Below, one piece after another: positions 8,803 to 17,114 of a DNA stretch of 30,202 nt. Numbering within the stretch: position 1 is the stretch's first letter; each line of letters opens with the position of its first letter. Origin of the DNA: Archangium sp. (GTDB taxonomy: Bacteria > Myxococcota > Myxococcia > Myxococcales > Myxococcaceae); NCBI GenBank assembly GCA_031367385.1, contig JANLPS010000134.1:1-30202 (forward strand), read 5' to 3'. Below the pieces are notes generated by a model. It was not told where the DNA came from. It saw only the letters and a program-made list of their open reading frames with translations, and made no database searches. Both the position numbers and the translations under genes were made by a program.

Positions 8803-10317
8803 ATGGCGAACCCCGAAAACATTGAGTTTTTGAGCTTTCGGCGCACCTTCACGTTGCTGATCGTGCTCGTGGTCTTGCCTTCGGCCGGGCTCTCTGGCTT
8901 CGGCATCATCGCCATTCTCAACGAGCGCGCGGCCGTCGAAAAGCGCCTCGACCTGGTGTGGACCGACAGACTTCAGACGCTCACTTCAGATTTTCGTGCA
9001 GCCGTCGGCAAGGCGACGGTCACGGTCGACGAAGGGCTGTTGCTCTCGATTGACGACGCGCCCCTCACAGAGACCCGCTTTCTGATCGAGAAGAATCAGG
9101 TGCAGTCGACCGACGCGAAGCTCAAGGCGCTGGTCGGCAGCCTGGGGGCGGAGTTCGGGTCGCTCCCCGAGGCTCCGGTCTTCTTCTCGGTCGTCGCGCC
9201 GCAGGGCACGGTGGTGTTGGCAGCGATGCGGCGGGGCACCTCGGTCTACGGAGCCCAGCTCTCGACCAAGGCCCTCGAGCGGGTGCTCTCTGACATTGGC
9301 GCCAGGGTCGTGCCCGCGTCGGAGCTGGCGCGGGTGGCGTTGGTGCCCGTCAAACAGGAGACCGTCGACGGGGTGCTGGCCCGAATGGTCGCCGGTGCCA
9401 GCGAGGTGCGCGAGGCGGCCTTGGGCAGCCGAGAGTTGGCGGCGGCGACCCTGCCGGCCCCGATGCAAGACTTTCGCGTCGTCGCCTTCGCTCTCGGTGA
9501 AGACCCGGTCGCCTCGGCCTCGACCCGCAACCGCATCTTGTACAGCGTGCTCCTGGTGGTCTTTTACGTGACCCTGGCCGTGGGCGTGGTGTTCACCGGG
9601 CGAACGCTGTACCGCGAGGCCCGGTTATCGCGAATGAAGACCGACTTCGTCTCGCTGGTGAGCCACGAGCTGCGCACGCCGCTGACCTCGATTCGCCTGT
9701 TCATCGAGATGCTGGCGTTGGGCCGGGTCAAAGACCCCACCGAGATGCAGACGGTGCTCGACATGCTCTCGAAAGAGACGGCGCGGCTGTCGTCGATGAT
9801 TGAAAAAGTGCTCGATTGGTCGCGCATTGAATCGGGTGAGCGGGCCTATCACCGCGAGCTCCAGCCGGTGACGGCGGTGGTCGAGGTCGCCGTGGCCGCG
9901 TTTCGGGCCAGCCGGGTGGGCGCGACGATGAACTTCACCGTCGAAGTCGCCGACGGCCTGCCGCAGATCGACGCCGATCGAGATGCCATCTCGGGTGCGC
10001 TGCTCAACCTGCTGCAGAACGCCTTCAAATACACCGGAGACGACAAGCGCATCGCCCTGCGGGTGCTCAAAGAAGGCAGCGAGGTGATCATCGAGGTCGA
10101 AGACAACGGTGTCGGCATCCCCCGGCGGGAGCAGAAGCGGGTCTTCGAGCGCTTCTACCGAATCGACTCCCTGCTGACCCGGGCGACCGAGGGCTCGGGG
10201 TTGGGGCTGTCGATTGCCCTTCGCATCGTGCAAGCTCACGGCGGTAAAATCACGGTCGATTCGGCACCTGGCAACGGCACGACGTTTCGGCTTCATCTCC
10301 CTGGCGTGAACGCATGA
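8803..10317 (+). CDS. membrane sensor histidine kinase (HisKA/HATPase)
   Basis: Two TM helices; FVSLVSHELRTPL H-box, NLLQNAFKY N-box, DNGVGI, FERFYR, GSGLGL. Confidence 0.95.
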   Translation: MANPENIEFLSFRRTFTLLIVLVVLPSAGLSGFGIIAILNERAAVEKRLDLVWTDRLQTLTSDFRAAVGKATVTVDEGLLLSIDDAPLTETRFLIEKNQVQSTDAKLKALVGSLGAEFGSLPEAPVFFSVVAPQGTVVLAAMRRGTSVYGAQLSTKALERVLSDIGARVVPASELARVALVPVKQETVDGVLARMVAGASEVREAALGSRELAAATLPAPMQDFRVVAFALGEDPVASASTRNRILYSVLLVVFYVTLAVGVVFTGRTLYREARLSRMKTDFVSLVSHELRTPLTSIRLFIEMLALGRVKDPTEMQTVLDMLSKETARLSSMIEKVLDWSRIESGERAYHRELQPVTAVVEVAVAAFRASRVGATMNFTVEVADGLPQIDADRDAISGALLNLLQNAFKYTGDDKRIALRVLKEGSEVIIEVEDNGVGIPRREQKRVFERFYRIDSLLTRATEGSGLGLSIALRIVQAHGGKITVDSAPGNGTTFRLHLPGVNA

Positions 10318-11015
10318 GCGACAGCAGCGCAGAGAAAAAACTTCGCATTCTGGTGGTCGAAGACGACCTGTCGATTCTGACCGGCGTCTCGATGAGCCTG
10401 CGCTTCGAGGGCTACGACGTGTTGCAGGCCCAAGACGGCCGCACCGGGCTTCAGAAGACCATCGACGAGAACCCCGATCTCCTCGTGCTCGACCTGATGA
10501 TGCCGCAGATGAACGGCTACGAAGTGCTCGAGGAGCTGCGAAATCGCGGCAACCAGACGCCCATCGTCGTGCTCTCGGCCAAGGGGCTCGAGCGAGACCG
10601 AATCGTGGGCCTGAATTTGGGCGCTGACGATTACGTGGTGAAGCCCTTCAGCCTCGACGAGCTGCTAGCGCGCATTCGAGCGGTGCTGCGGCGCCGGTAC
10701 CCGGTGCAGGCCGAGGCGCTGGTGAAGTTCGCCGACACCGTGGTCGACCTGCGCGCCAAGACGGTGGCCAAGGGCGGGTCACCGGTCGAGCTGACCGCGC
10801 AAGAATTCAAGCTGCTGGCCCACTTCGTCGGGCACGTCGGCCGCACCTTCAGCCGCGATGAGCTGCTCGCGAGCGCCTGGGGCTACGGCTACGAGGGCAC
10901 CGCGCGCACGGTCGACAACTTCATCAGCCAGCTGCGCCAGAAGTTCGAGCTCGACGCCGACGACCCGAAGCACTTCAAGACGGTGCGAGGGCTGGGCTAC
11001 CGCTTCGACCTGTAA
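10314..11015 (+). CDS. OmpR/PhoB-family response regulator
   Basis: ILVVEDD, DLMMP, GADDYVVKPF, RTVDNFISQLRQK, TVRGLGY; ATGA overlap with the kinase. Confidence 0.95.
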   Translation: MSDSSAEKKLRILVVEDDLSILTGVSMSLRFEGYDVLQAQDGRTGLQKTIDENPDLLVLDLMMPQMNGYEVLEELRNRGNQTPIVVLSAKGLERDRIVGLNLGADDYVVKPFSLDELLARIRAVLRRRYPVQAEALVKFADTVVDLRAKTVAKGGSPVELTAQEFKLLAHFVGHVGRTFSRDELLASAWGYGYEGTARTVDNFISQLRQKFELDADDPKHFKTVRGLGYRFDL

Positions 11016-11018
11016 CTC

Positions 11019-11528
11019 TTAGGGCGCGCCCCTGGCTGACTGCTCGCGAATCCACTTGAGCAAACGCTCGGGCATCAAGAAGCTGGTGTGAATGTCGCCC
11101 AGCCGAATCGTGGCTCCATCTTCGAGGCGGGTACGCACGCTCGGGGCCAGCTTCACGTCATTGAGCCAGGTGCCGTTCTTGCTCTCGGCGTCGGTCAAGA
11201 ACCAGGCGGCCAGCCGGTCGTCATGCTGCAGCCAGGCGTGAAAGCGGCTGACGCTGGCGTCATCGATGGAGATGTCGTTGGTCTCGACCCGGCCGATGGT
11301 GACGCCCATCGCGAACGGGTTCTTGCTGTTGGGCACCTTTTCAATCGGCAAGATGACCGGCTCGCCCGCGCGGGGCCTGGAGATGGGGATACCGGCGTCG
11401 GTAGGCGCCCAGTCTTCGTTCGAGTCAGGGGCCCCCGGGGGCGCCTCCCAGACCAAGACTGGTACCTTGAGCATGCTCGACGGGTCTTTGTAGAGGCGCC
11501 GAGCCAATTGAGCGAGACCGAATGGCAC
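11019..11528 (-). CDS. FHA-domain protein
   Basis: TIGR..NDI.I.D.SVSRFHA and DAESKNGTWLN FHA motifs. Confidence 0.9.
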   Translation of the reverse strand: MPFGLAQLARRLYKDPSSMLKVPVLVWEAPPGAPDSNEDWAPTDAGIPISRPRAGEPVILPIEKVPNSKNPFAMGVTIGRVETNDISIDDASVSRFHAWLQHDDRLAAWFLTDAESKNGTWLNDVKLAPSVRTRLEDGATIRLGDIHTSFLMPERLLKWIREQSARGAP

Positions 11529-11550
11529 CGAGGTACTGTAGAATGCCGCG
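11529..11550. promoter_or_regulatory. overlapping divergent -10 boxes (bidirectional leaderless promoter)
   Basis: TAGAAT (+, 11539-11544) is 6 nt before ATG 11551; TACAGT (-, 11540-11535) is 6 nt before GTG 11528. Confidence 0.55.
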
Positions 11551-11811
11551 ATGCATCGGCGCTACACGATCCACCGCGACGGCGATTTACTTGTCGAAGA
11601 GCTCGACGCTACAGGCAAGCCCATGGCCGCCGAGCCGGTGCCCGCCGAAGACCGGCTGCCCATCGAGGTGACCATTCTGGCCCCCGACGACGTCGATTCG
11701 CGTGCCGCCCTGTTGGATTTGCTGGAGATGGCCCTGGGGCTCGAGACCGATGGCCCCGAGGCGGCCGGCCTCAAGAAGAAAGAGGGCCTGAAGCTGAATG
11801 TGTTGAGCTGA
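11551..11811 (+). CDS. small acidic hypothetical protein
   Basis: 86-aa ORF with GC3-biased codons, fills the gap between genes, has a -10 box upstream. Confidence 0.7.
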   Translation: MHRRYTIHRDGDLLVEELDATGKPMAAEPVPAEDRLPIEVTILAPDDVDSRAALLDLLEMALGLETDGPEAAGLKKKEGLKLNVLS

Positions 11812-11825
11812 CCTACCTTGGCGCT

Positions 11826-12230
11826 TTAGCCGAGCTGCGGCAGGTCGTTGAGCGACGCCGAGAAGCCATTGCCCGGCTTCGACGCAGAGGCGATGAAGGC
11901 CGGAGCGGTCGAGGCTACCCTCGCGGGGTACTCACCCGACAAGTTCACCGGAGCCCGCTGCGCCATTTGAAATGAGTCGCAAAACCGGTCAACCGCCGCG
12001 GCAGTGGGCTTGGTGGCCGTCTGGCCCCAGACCAGGGTGCTGGCGACCTGCCCCGTATTCTTCTCGAAGCCGTCGTTGAACCGCGCCCGGCCCAGCACCT
12101 TGGGCACCGGCGTCTGGCGCACGGCACTCAAGCCCTCAGACGCAACCGAGCTGGCCTGACGAACATCGTCGAGGTTTCGGTTGAAGAGCTGTTGGGCCAG
12201 GCGGCTGGCCAACGAGGTGAGCGGGTTCAC
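11826..12230 (-). CDS. hypothetical protein, low complexity, with D-G/S-F-E/Q motifs
   Basis: 134-aa ORF filling the gap, GTG start, contains RFNDGFE and RFCDSFQ. Confidence 0.6.
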   Translation of the reverse strand: MNPLTSLASRLAQQLFNRNLDDVRQASSVASEGLSAVRQTPVPKVLGRARFNDGFEKNTGQVASTLVWGQTATKPTAAAVDRFCDSFQMAQRAPVNLSGEYPARVASTAPAFIASASKPGNGFSASLNDLPQLG

Positions 12231-12236
12231 AATGAC

Positions 12237-12264
12237 ATTCTCGGAATATGAGGGAACAGGTTGC
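12237..12264 (-). promoter_or_regulatory. possible alternative-sigma (sigma28/FliA-like -10) promoter
   Basis: Minus strand GCAAC-N15-CCGAGAAT ends 6 nt before the GTG at 12230, within an AT-rich gap. Confidence 0.35.
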
Positions 12265-12282
12265 TAAAAACGATAACTCCGC

Positions 12283-13839
12283 TCAACGACTGAGGGTTTT
12301 TCGGGCGTCGACGGTCGACTGAAACGGTTCTTGGCCCTCGGGCCAGGGGATTGAGGCCAGCGCCCGGCGCTGGGCGGAGCCGTTGGCGTTCACGTCGCTC
12401 GGCAGCTGGTAGATGGCCGCCCGAATCTTGGTGACCGCCTCGTTATCTCTGGTGTCAGAGTCGGTGAGCTTGGCCTTGATGGCGGCAACGAGGGTGTTGT
12501 CGTTCATCAGCAGCGGGTACTGGTCGGCCTTGCCAACCATCACTTGCTCGATGGTCGCGTTCCAGTCGTTGCAGACGCCGGTGTTGCCGTAGCCCGAGGC
12601 GTACAACCCTTCGGCTTTGGCGCTCGAGTTGACGATGTCGGTCAGCACGCCGCCGATGGCGATGGCCTGCGCCGCCTTGTCGCCCGAGAAGGGGCTGTGC
12701 TTGACGCTGCCCAACCACGCGGGGGTCTCGAACTCGTTGGCCGAGAAGAAGCCGGTGGCGCTCATGCCCTGGTACGCCTTCAAATCGGCGTCGAGCTTGG
12801 GCCCGGTGACGCCGGGGCCCGCTTTCAGGCTGATGTTCATTTCGCTGTGCGAGACCGGCAGGGTGGCGACCTTGCCCTGCGCGTCGCGGTACCCGGTGCG
12901 CACCATCAGCGGCGCGGGCACGTCGACGTATTTGGGCGGGTTGCTGCCCGGCACTACGGTCTTCAGCTCGGCGAAGTTGGCGATGCGAGACTCGAAGTTG
13001 GTCTCGAGCTGGTAGCCGGCCGCGCGCAGGCCGTCGATGAACTGCGGCAGCTTGGTGTAGGCCTTGCCGTTGAAGGTGACCTCGAACTGCTGGTCAGCGG
13101 GCAACGAGCTGTTCGCCGAGAGGCGCTGAAAGGTCTCGGCCATCACGCGGTTCTTTTTGATCTGCGCGTCGCTGGTGGTGCTGGGCACGCCGCCGTGAAA
13201 CAGGCCCGGGGCGATGGGCTTGATGGTCGACTGCCGGGGCTCCGAGACGATCTGGTCGAACTTCGCGAAGTCGAACTTCTGGGGCAGGCGCTGCACCTGG
13301 GGCGCGGGGTCTTTGATCTTGCCCGCCTTGTAGGCCTCGTTGACCTTCGCAACCGCGTCGGCCATCGCCTTGGGGGTGACCTCGAGCGCCTGCATCACGA
13401 TCTTCGGGTTTTTCTGAGCGGCGGCGACCAGCTCGGGAGGCGCCATCACGCCGGTCTTGGCGGCGAAGAGCACGAAGAGCTGACCGATGGCGGCCCGGCC
13501 CTCGGCGGTTTTGCCGAGCTCCTCGAGCACGGTCGGCAAGCCCACGGTGTTCGGGTACCGCCCGGGAATGAGGTCGAAGTCGCTGGGGCCGTCGGCCTTG
13601 GCCATGGCCATCGCCATCATCGGGTTGATCGCGGCAGCGTCGAAGCCGTCTTTCTTGAGCTTGACGACGCCTGGCACGCCGCCGCCCGTCCATTCGGCGG
13701 CGGTATTGGTCGGGCCCGCCGCACCCGTCGGGCCAGTGACCGCGCCCGGGGGGCCAGCCGTGTTCGGCCCGGTCGTGTCAGTGGTCGTCGTCGTGGTCGA
13801 ACCGGTGGCAGGGGGCGCAGGCGGCAGGGTCACAGGCAT
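12283..13839 (-). CDS. large hypothetical protein with Pro/Thr/Gly-rich N-terminus
   Basis: Strong GC3 codon bias; start taken at MPVTLPPAPP; no signal peptide; no family recognised. Confidence 0.85.
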   Translation of the reverse strand: MPVTLPPAPPATGSTTTTTTDTTGPNTAGPPGAVTGPTGAAGPTNTAAEWTGGGVPGVVKLKKDGFDAAAINPMMAMAMAKADGPSDFDLIPGRYPNTVGLPTVLEELGKTAEGRAAIGQLFVLFAAKTGVMAPPELVAAAQKNPKIVMQALEVTPKAMADAVAKVNEAYKAGKIKDPAPQVQRLPQKFDFAKFDQIVSEPRQSTIKPIAPGLFHGGVPSTTSDAQIKKNRVMAETFQRLSANSSLPADQQFEVTFNGKAYTKLPQFIDGLRAAGYQLETNFESRIANFAELKTVVPGSNPPKYVDVPAPLMVRTGYRDAQGKVATLPVSHSEMNISLKAGPGVTGPKLDADLKAYQGMSATGFFSANEFETPAWLGSVKHSPFSGDKAAQAIAIGGVLTDIVNSSAKAEGLYASGYGNTGVCNDWNATIEQVMVGKADQYPLLMNDNTLVAAIKAKLTDSDTRDNEAVTKIRAAIYQLPSDVNANGSAQRRALASIPWPEGQEPFQSTVDARKTLSR

Positions 13840-13952
13840 GGGAATGGAGGTCCTTGAAAAGAGAAGCGGAGGCTTCGTACGAGAAACGGTCAACCCGCGG
13901 CAAGCCGCATGGCGCAATCGGGGTGTTCTTTCTGCCTTCGCAGAAACTGAGA

Positions 13953-14030
13953 AAATAAAGGGGACAGGCTGGTTTAAGTCACAGTTCGGCTCGTCCCAAA
14001 GTGACTTAAACCAGCCTGTCCCCTTTATTT
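13953..14030. repeat. long palindromic REP/REPIN-like element, family A copy 2
   Basis: Perfect 30-bp inverted arms AAATAAAGGGGACAGGCTGGTTTAAGTCAC (13953-13982 / 14001-14030) with an 18-nt spacer; 20-nt core identical to copy 1. Confidence 0.85.
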
Positions 14031-15334
14031 CCCAGCGAGAGATCGAACCCGATCACCGCTCCGCCGCCTTCGCGGTTCGAGGCCCACACCCGGCCACCAT
14101 GGGCCAAGGCGATCTTCTTCACCAGGGCCAGGCCCAAGCCGAGGCCATCTGACCCATCGGCTCCTGAGCGTCGAAACTTCTGAAACAGCTGCTCACTTTC
14201 GCCCGGCAAGAACCCACTGCCCCGGTCGAGCACCTCGAAGCGCGCGACCGAGCCCTCGATCGAGGCGCGCACCTGGTCGACCCCACCTCCGTGCTTGGCG
14301 GCGTTGTCGAAGAGGTTGGCGAGCGCCCGCTGCAACAGGGTGGCATCGGCGCTCATCGCGTCGGCTTCGCCCTCAATCACGATCTTCGCACGGTCGATGC
14401 CGCAGCGTTCGGCGGCGCGGGTGACCACGTCGCGCAGCGAGAGCGCGTGAATCGAGAGCACCCCGAACTCGACCCGCGAGCTGGCCAGGAGCTCACCGAC
14501 CAGCGCGTCCATCTCCACCACTTCGCGGTCGAGGTCGTCGAAGGTCTTGGGGGTGGCGCCGTTTTCTCGAGCAATTTCGCTGATGATGCGCACCCGCGCG
14601 AGCGGCGTTCGCAGCTCGTGAGACACGGTCGCGAGCAGCTCGCGTTGGTCGGCCATCTGCTTCTCGATGCGCACCGCCATGTCGTTGACGGCATCGGCGA
14701 CGACTCCGATTTCATCGGGCTCGGCGAACGAGAGCTTGGTGCGCGCGGTGAGGTCGCCGTTGCCGATGCGCATCACCGTGTCGGCGAGCTCGTCGAGGGG
14801 CCCGGCGAGGCGGCGGGCGATGCGCCCTGAGGCCAGCCACAACACGCCGAAGGCCGCGAGGAGCGCGACCGGCCAGCGCCAGGGCAGGCTCCCCGCGTGG
14901 CGGCTGCAGCCACGCACGATGCCGAGCAGCGTGCCGTTCTGAATGACCGGGGCCTCGATGCCGAAGCGGCCGCAGGGTTCTCCCCAGATGAAGAGCGGGG
15001 CCCCCTGCGCGTCGAAGAGCTGAACGTTCATGTCGAGCTCGTCGGCGGTGTGCTTCGCAAACGCATCGCGCTGCACGGGGTCTTGCCAGTCGCGGGCGAA
15101 CTGCCGGCCCACCCAGCTTTGGCCGCGCTGAAACGAGTGCGACCACTCGGGGTCTTGCACCTTGGCGACGAGCATCAGCACCATCGCCACGAAGAAACCG
15201 GTCATCACCATGCCGGTCGAGAACCAGACGAAGATGCGTCGGCGGAGCCTCGAACGAACGAAGCGGCCAATCGGCCCCATGCGGCGGTGCCACCGTCGGT
15301 GATGCCCGTGGTGGTGGTGGTGAGAGCCTCTCAT
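14006..15334 (-). CDS. HAMP-domain sensor histidine kinase (CpxA/RstB-like) with His-rich N-terminus
   Basis: Two TMs, HAMP (PLDEL...GDL...DEIG...NDM), VSHELRTPLARV, NLFDNAAKH, DRGSG, GLGLGL; ATGA overlap with the response regulator. Confidence 0.95.
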   Translation of the reverse strand: MRGSHHHHHGHHRRWHRRMGPIGRFVRSRLRRRIFVWFSTGMVMTGFFVAMVLMLVAKVQDPEWSHSFQRGQSWVGRQFARDWQDPVQRDAFAKHTADELDMNVQLFDAQGAPLFIWGEPCGRFGIEAPVIQNGTLLGIVRGCSRHAGSLPWRWPVALLAAFGVLWLASGRIARRLAGPLDELADTVMRIGNGDLTARTKLSFAEPDEIGVVADAVNDMAVRIEKQMADQRELLATVSHELRTPLARVRIISEIARENGATPKTFDDLDREVVEMDALVGELLASSRVEFGVLSIHALSLRDVVTRAAERCGIDRAKIVIEGEADAMSADATLLQRALANLFDNAAKHGGGVDQVRASIEGSVARFEVLDRGSGFLPGESEQLFQKFRRSGADGSDGLGLGLALVKKIALAHGGRVWASNREGGGAVIGFDLSLGNKGDRLV

Positions 15335-16005
15335 TCTTTGGTCAGCACGTAGCCGACCCCTCGAACGGTCTTGATCAGCCGGGGCGGGTCATCGCCCAGC
15401 TTCTGGCGCAGGTGGCTGATGTGCACATCGACGGTGCGCTCGCCGACGATGACGTCGCCCCGCCCCGCCTCAGAGAGCAGCGCGTCGCGCGGCACCACCC
15501 TGCCCGCCCGGCGAACGAGCGCGACCAGAATGTCGAATTCGATGCCAGTCAGGTCGATGGGAGCGCCGTTCATCTGCGCAATGCGCGACGGCACGTCGAC
15601 CGAGACTCCGCTGACGGTGATCTGCTCAGACATCACTTCAGGGCGCGAACGCCGAAGCACGGCACGCAGGCGGGCCAGCAGCTCGCGGGGGCTGAAGGGC
15701 TTGGCGACGTAGTCATCGGCGCCGATCTCGAGGCCGACCACGCGATCGGTCTCATCACCGCGCGCGGTCAGCATGATGACGGGGAGGTTCGACTTCGAGC
15801 GAATGCGTTTGCAGACCTCGAGCCCATCCATCCCCGGCATCATCACGTCGAGCAGCACCGCGTCGTAGGCCCCTTGTTCGAGCATCGCGAGGCCCTTGGT
15901 GCCGTCGGGCGCCGACGCGAGACTGACGCCGTTCTGCTCGAGGTACTCAGCGAGCAGTTGCGGCAACCTCGTGTCGTCGTCGATCAGCAATACGCGCGAT
16001 GCCAT
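15331..16005 (-). CDS. OmpR-family response regulator (CpxR-like)
   Basis: LLIDDD, DVMMP, GADDYVAKPFSPRELLARL, RTVDVHISHLRQK, TVRGVGY. Confidence 0.95.
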   Translation of the reverse strand: MASRVLLIDDDTRLPQLLAEYLEQNGVSLASAPDGTKGLAMLEQGAYDAVLLDVMMPGMDGLEVCKRIRSKSNLPVIMLTARGDETDRVVGLEIGADDYVAKPFSPRELLARLRAVLRRSRPEVMSEQITVSGVSVDVPSRIAQMNGAPIDLTGIEFDILVALVRRAGRVVPRDALLSEAGRGDVIVGERTVDVHISHLRQKLGDDPPRLIKTVRGVGYVLTKE

Positions 16006-16032
16006 GGGGGCCTTTATACCGTGAGCTGCGGG

Positions 16033-16344
16033 TTATTCAGTTTTCGCTGCAACCGGTGCAGGCGCGGCTTGCAGCACCACGGCGGGCATCGGCTGCGCGG
16101 CGCCAGGCATGATGATGAACACCTGCGGCGTGACGACTGGTGACACTGCCGCGGGCGCCGCAGCCGGAGCCTGCACGATGACCGGGGCCGCTGCCGCTTG
16201 CGGAGCGCGATCACCGCGTTGCCACTCGGAGCGCTCTTGCCACCCGTGGCACTCGCCGCGGTGGTGCCTGAACGAGGCGGCCGCGCCGCCGTACCCGAAG
16301 ATGACTCCCAAACCCAACAACACCATCAGTGGACGTCGGAACAT
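16033..16344 (-). CDS. small exported/membrane protein with Pro/Ala-rich tail
   Basis: N-terminal hydrophobic segment, AAAGGAAAA RBS-like site, lies in operon. Confidence 0.75.
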   Translation of the reverse strand: MFRRPLMVLLGLGVIFGYGGAAASFRHHRGECHGWQERSEWQRGDRAPQAAAAPVIVQAPAAAPAAVSPVVTPQVFIIMPGAAQPMPAVVLQAAPAPVAAKTE

Positions 16345-16365
16345 GTGTGTTTTTCCTTTCGAGAA

Positions 16366-16884
16366 TTAGAGGTTGACCGATTGAGGACCAGGGCCGCCGT
16401 GGGAGTGCCCGTGGTGATGACCCCAGCCGCCGTCACGGCCGTGGTGCCCGTGCCCGAACCGCCCCGGCCCGAACTCGACCAGGTCGGCCAACTGCCCACG
16501 TTGCGCGGGGGTCATCGCTTCGTGAATCTGCTGCAGGCCCTCGCGCACCGACTTCTTGAGCTCATCGAGGTTGGCCTGTTGCTTCTCGAGCACCTCGTTG
16601 AGGGTGTTGGAGTCGAAGGCTTCTCCGCGCAGCGCCTTGGCCACTTCGCCACGGGCGCCAAAGAGCGACTCGCGGGCCGCCCACCCTTTTCGCTGCACGT
16701 CGTCGAAGGCCGCGCTGACGACCTTTTCTTGCCCGGGCGTGGTGTCGAGGCGCTCGAAGAGCCGCCGCATCATCCACCGGCGGGGGCCACCGCCGCGAAA
16801 GCCACGCCCGCCGCCGTACCGGCCCCGGCGCCAGAGCCGCATCAACCCAATGAGTGAAGCCGTACCGATGAAGAGTCCAAACAT
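16366..16884 (-). CDS. Spy/CpxP/ZraP-like (heavy-metal sensor family) helical protein with His-rich C-terminus
   Basis: LDTTPGQEK and AMTPAQR LTxxQ-like motifs; N-terminal TM; GHGHHG...GHHHGHSHG tail; GGAGG RBS; upstream of a CpxRA-like pair. Confidence 0.8.
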   Translation of the reverse strand: MFGLFIGTASLIGLMRLWRRGRYGGGRGFRGGGPRRWMMRRLFERLDTTPGQEKVVSAAFDDVQRKGWAARESLFGARGEVAKALRGEAFDSNTLNEVLEKQQANLDELKKSVREGLQQIHEAMTPAQRGQLADLVEFGPGRFGHGHHGRDGGWGHHHGHSHGGPGPQSVNL

Positions 16885-17003
16885 GTCCTGCCTCCAATGT
16901 GCGGCGCCGTGATTGGCGCCTCGTTCGCTGAGAGGAAGGTAGGAAGTGATTGTGAAGGCACGACAGGGAGCTGCGTGAAGAAACGCGAAGGGGGCGTGGT
17001 TCG

Positions 17004-17052
17004 TGGTTCGACAGGCTCACCATGAGAGTGCACCTGGGGCTCACCATGAGAG
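17004..17052. repeat. short REP-like element, family B, with partial tandem duplicate
   Basis: TGGTTCGACAGGCTCACCATGAG (17004-17026); GGCTCACCATGAGAG repeated at 17014-17028 and 17038-17052; 20/23 match at 24991-25013. Confidence 0.6.
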
Positions 17053-17114
17053 GTACGGCCGGGCCGCGAAAAAAAAAGATGAGAACGTGCGGCGGCGGGT
17101 GTACCTCTGCCGCC

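Noticed and set aside
12544..13857. Long antisense or alternative-frame ORFs (e.g. 12544-13857+, 23161-24657-, 23667-24566+, 3549-4382+)
   Set aside because: Typical shadow ORFs of high-GC coding DNA; they overlap better-supported genes and show no motifs
3454..14030. CRISPR repeats or the ends of one composite transposon
   Set aside because: Each copy is a self-contained palindrome; there is no array, cas gene or transposase, and housekeeping gpsA lies between them
15302..15334. Cloning-vector RGS-His tag contamination
   Set aside because: Codons (ATG AGA GGC TCT CAC x5 GGG) have only five consecutive His, there is no vector context, and the ATG overlaps the upstream gene's stop naturally
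17004..17026. tRNA (GGTTCGA T-loop-like motif, also at 24992)
   Set aside because: No cloverleaf, D-arm or acceptor stem can be built; a REP-like repeat explains it better
17056..17077. Intrinsic terminator at the small GC hairpin plus A9
   Set aside because: The stem is only 4-5 bp, the A-run is on the wrong side to give a 3' U-tract, and no gene ends here
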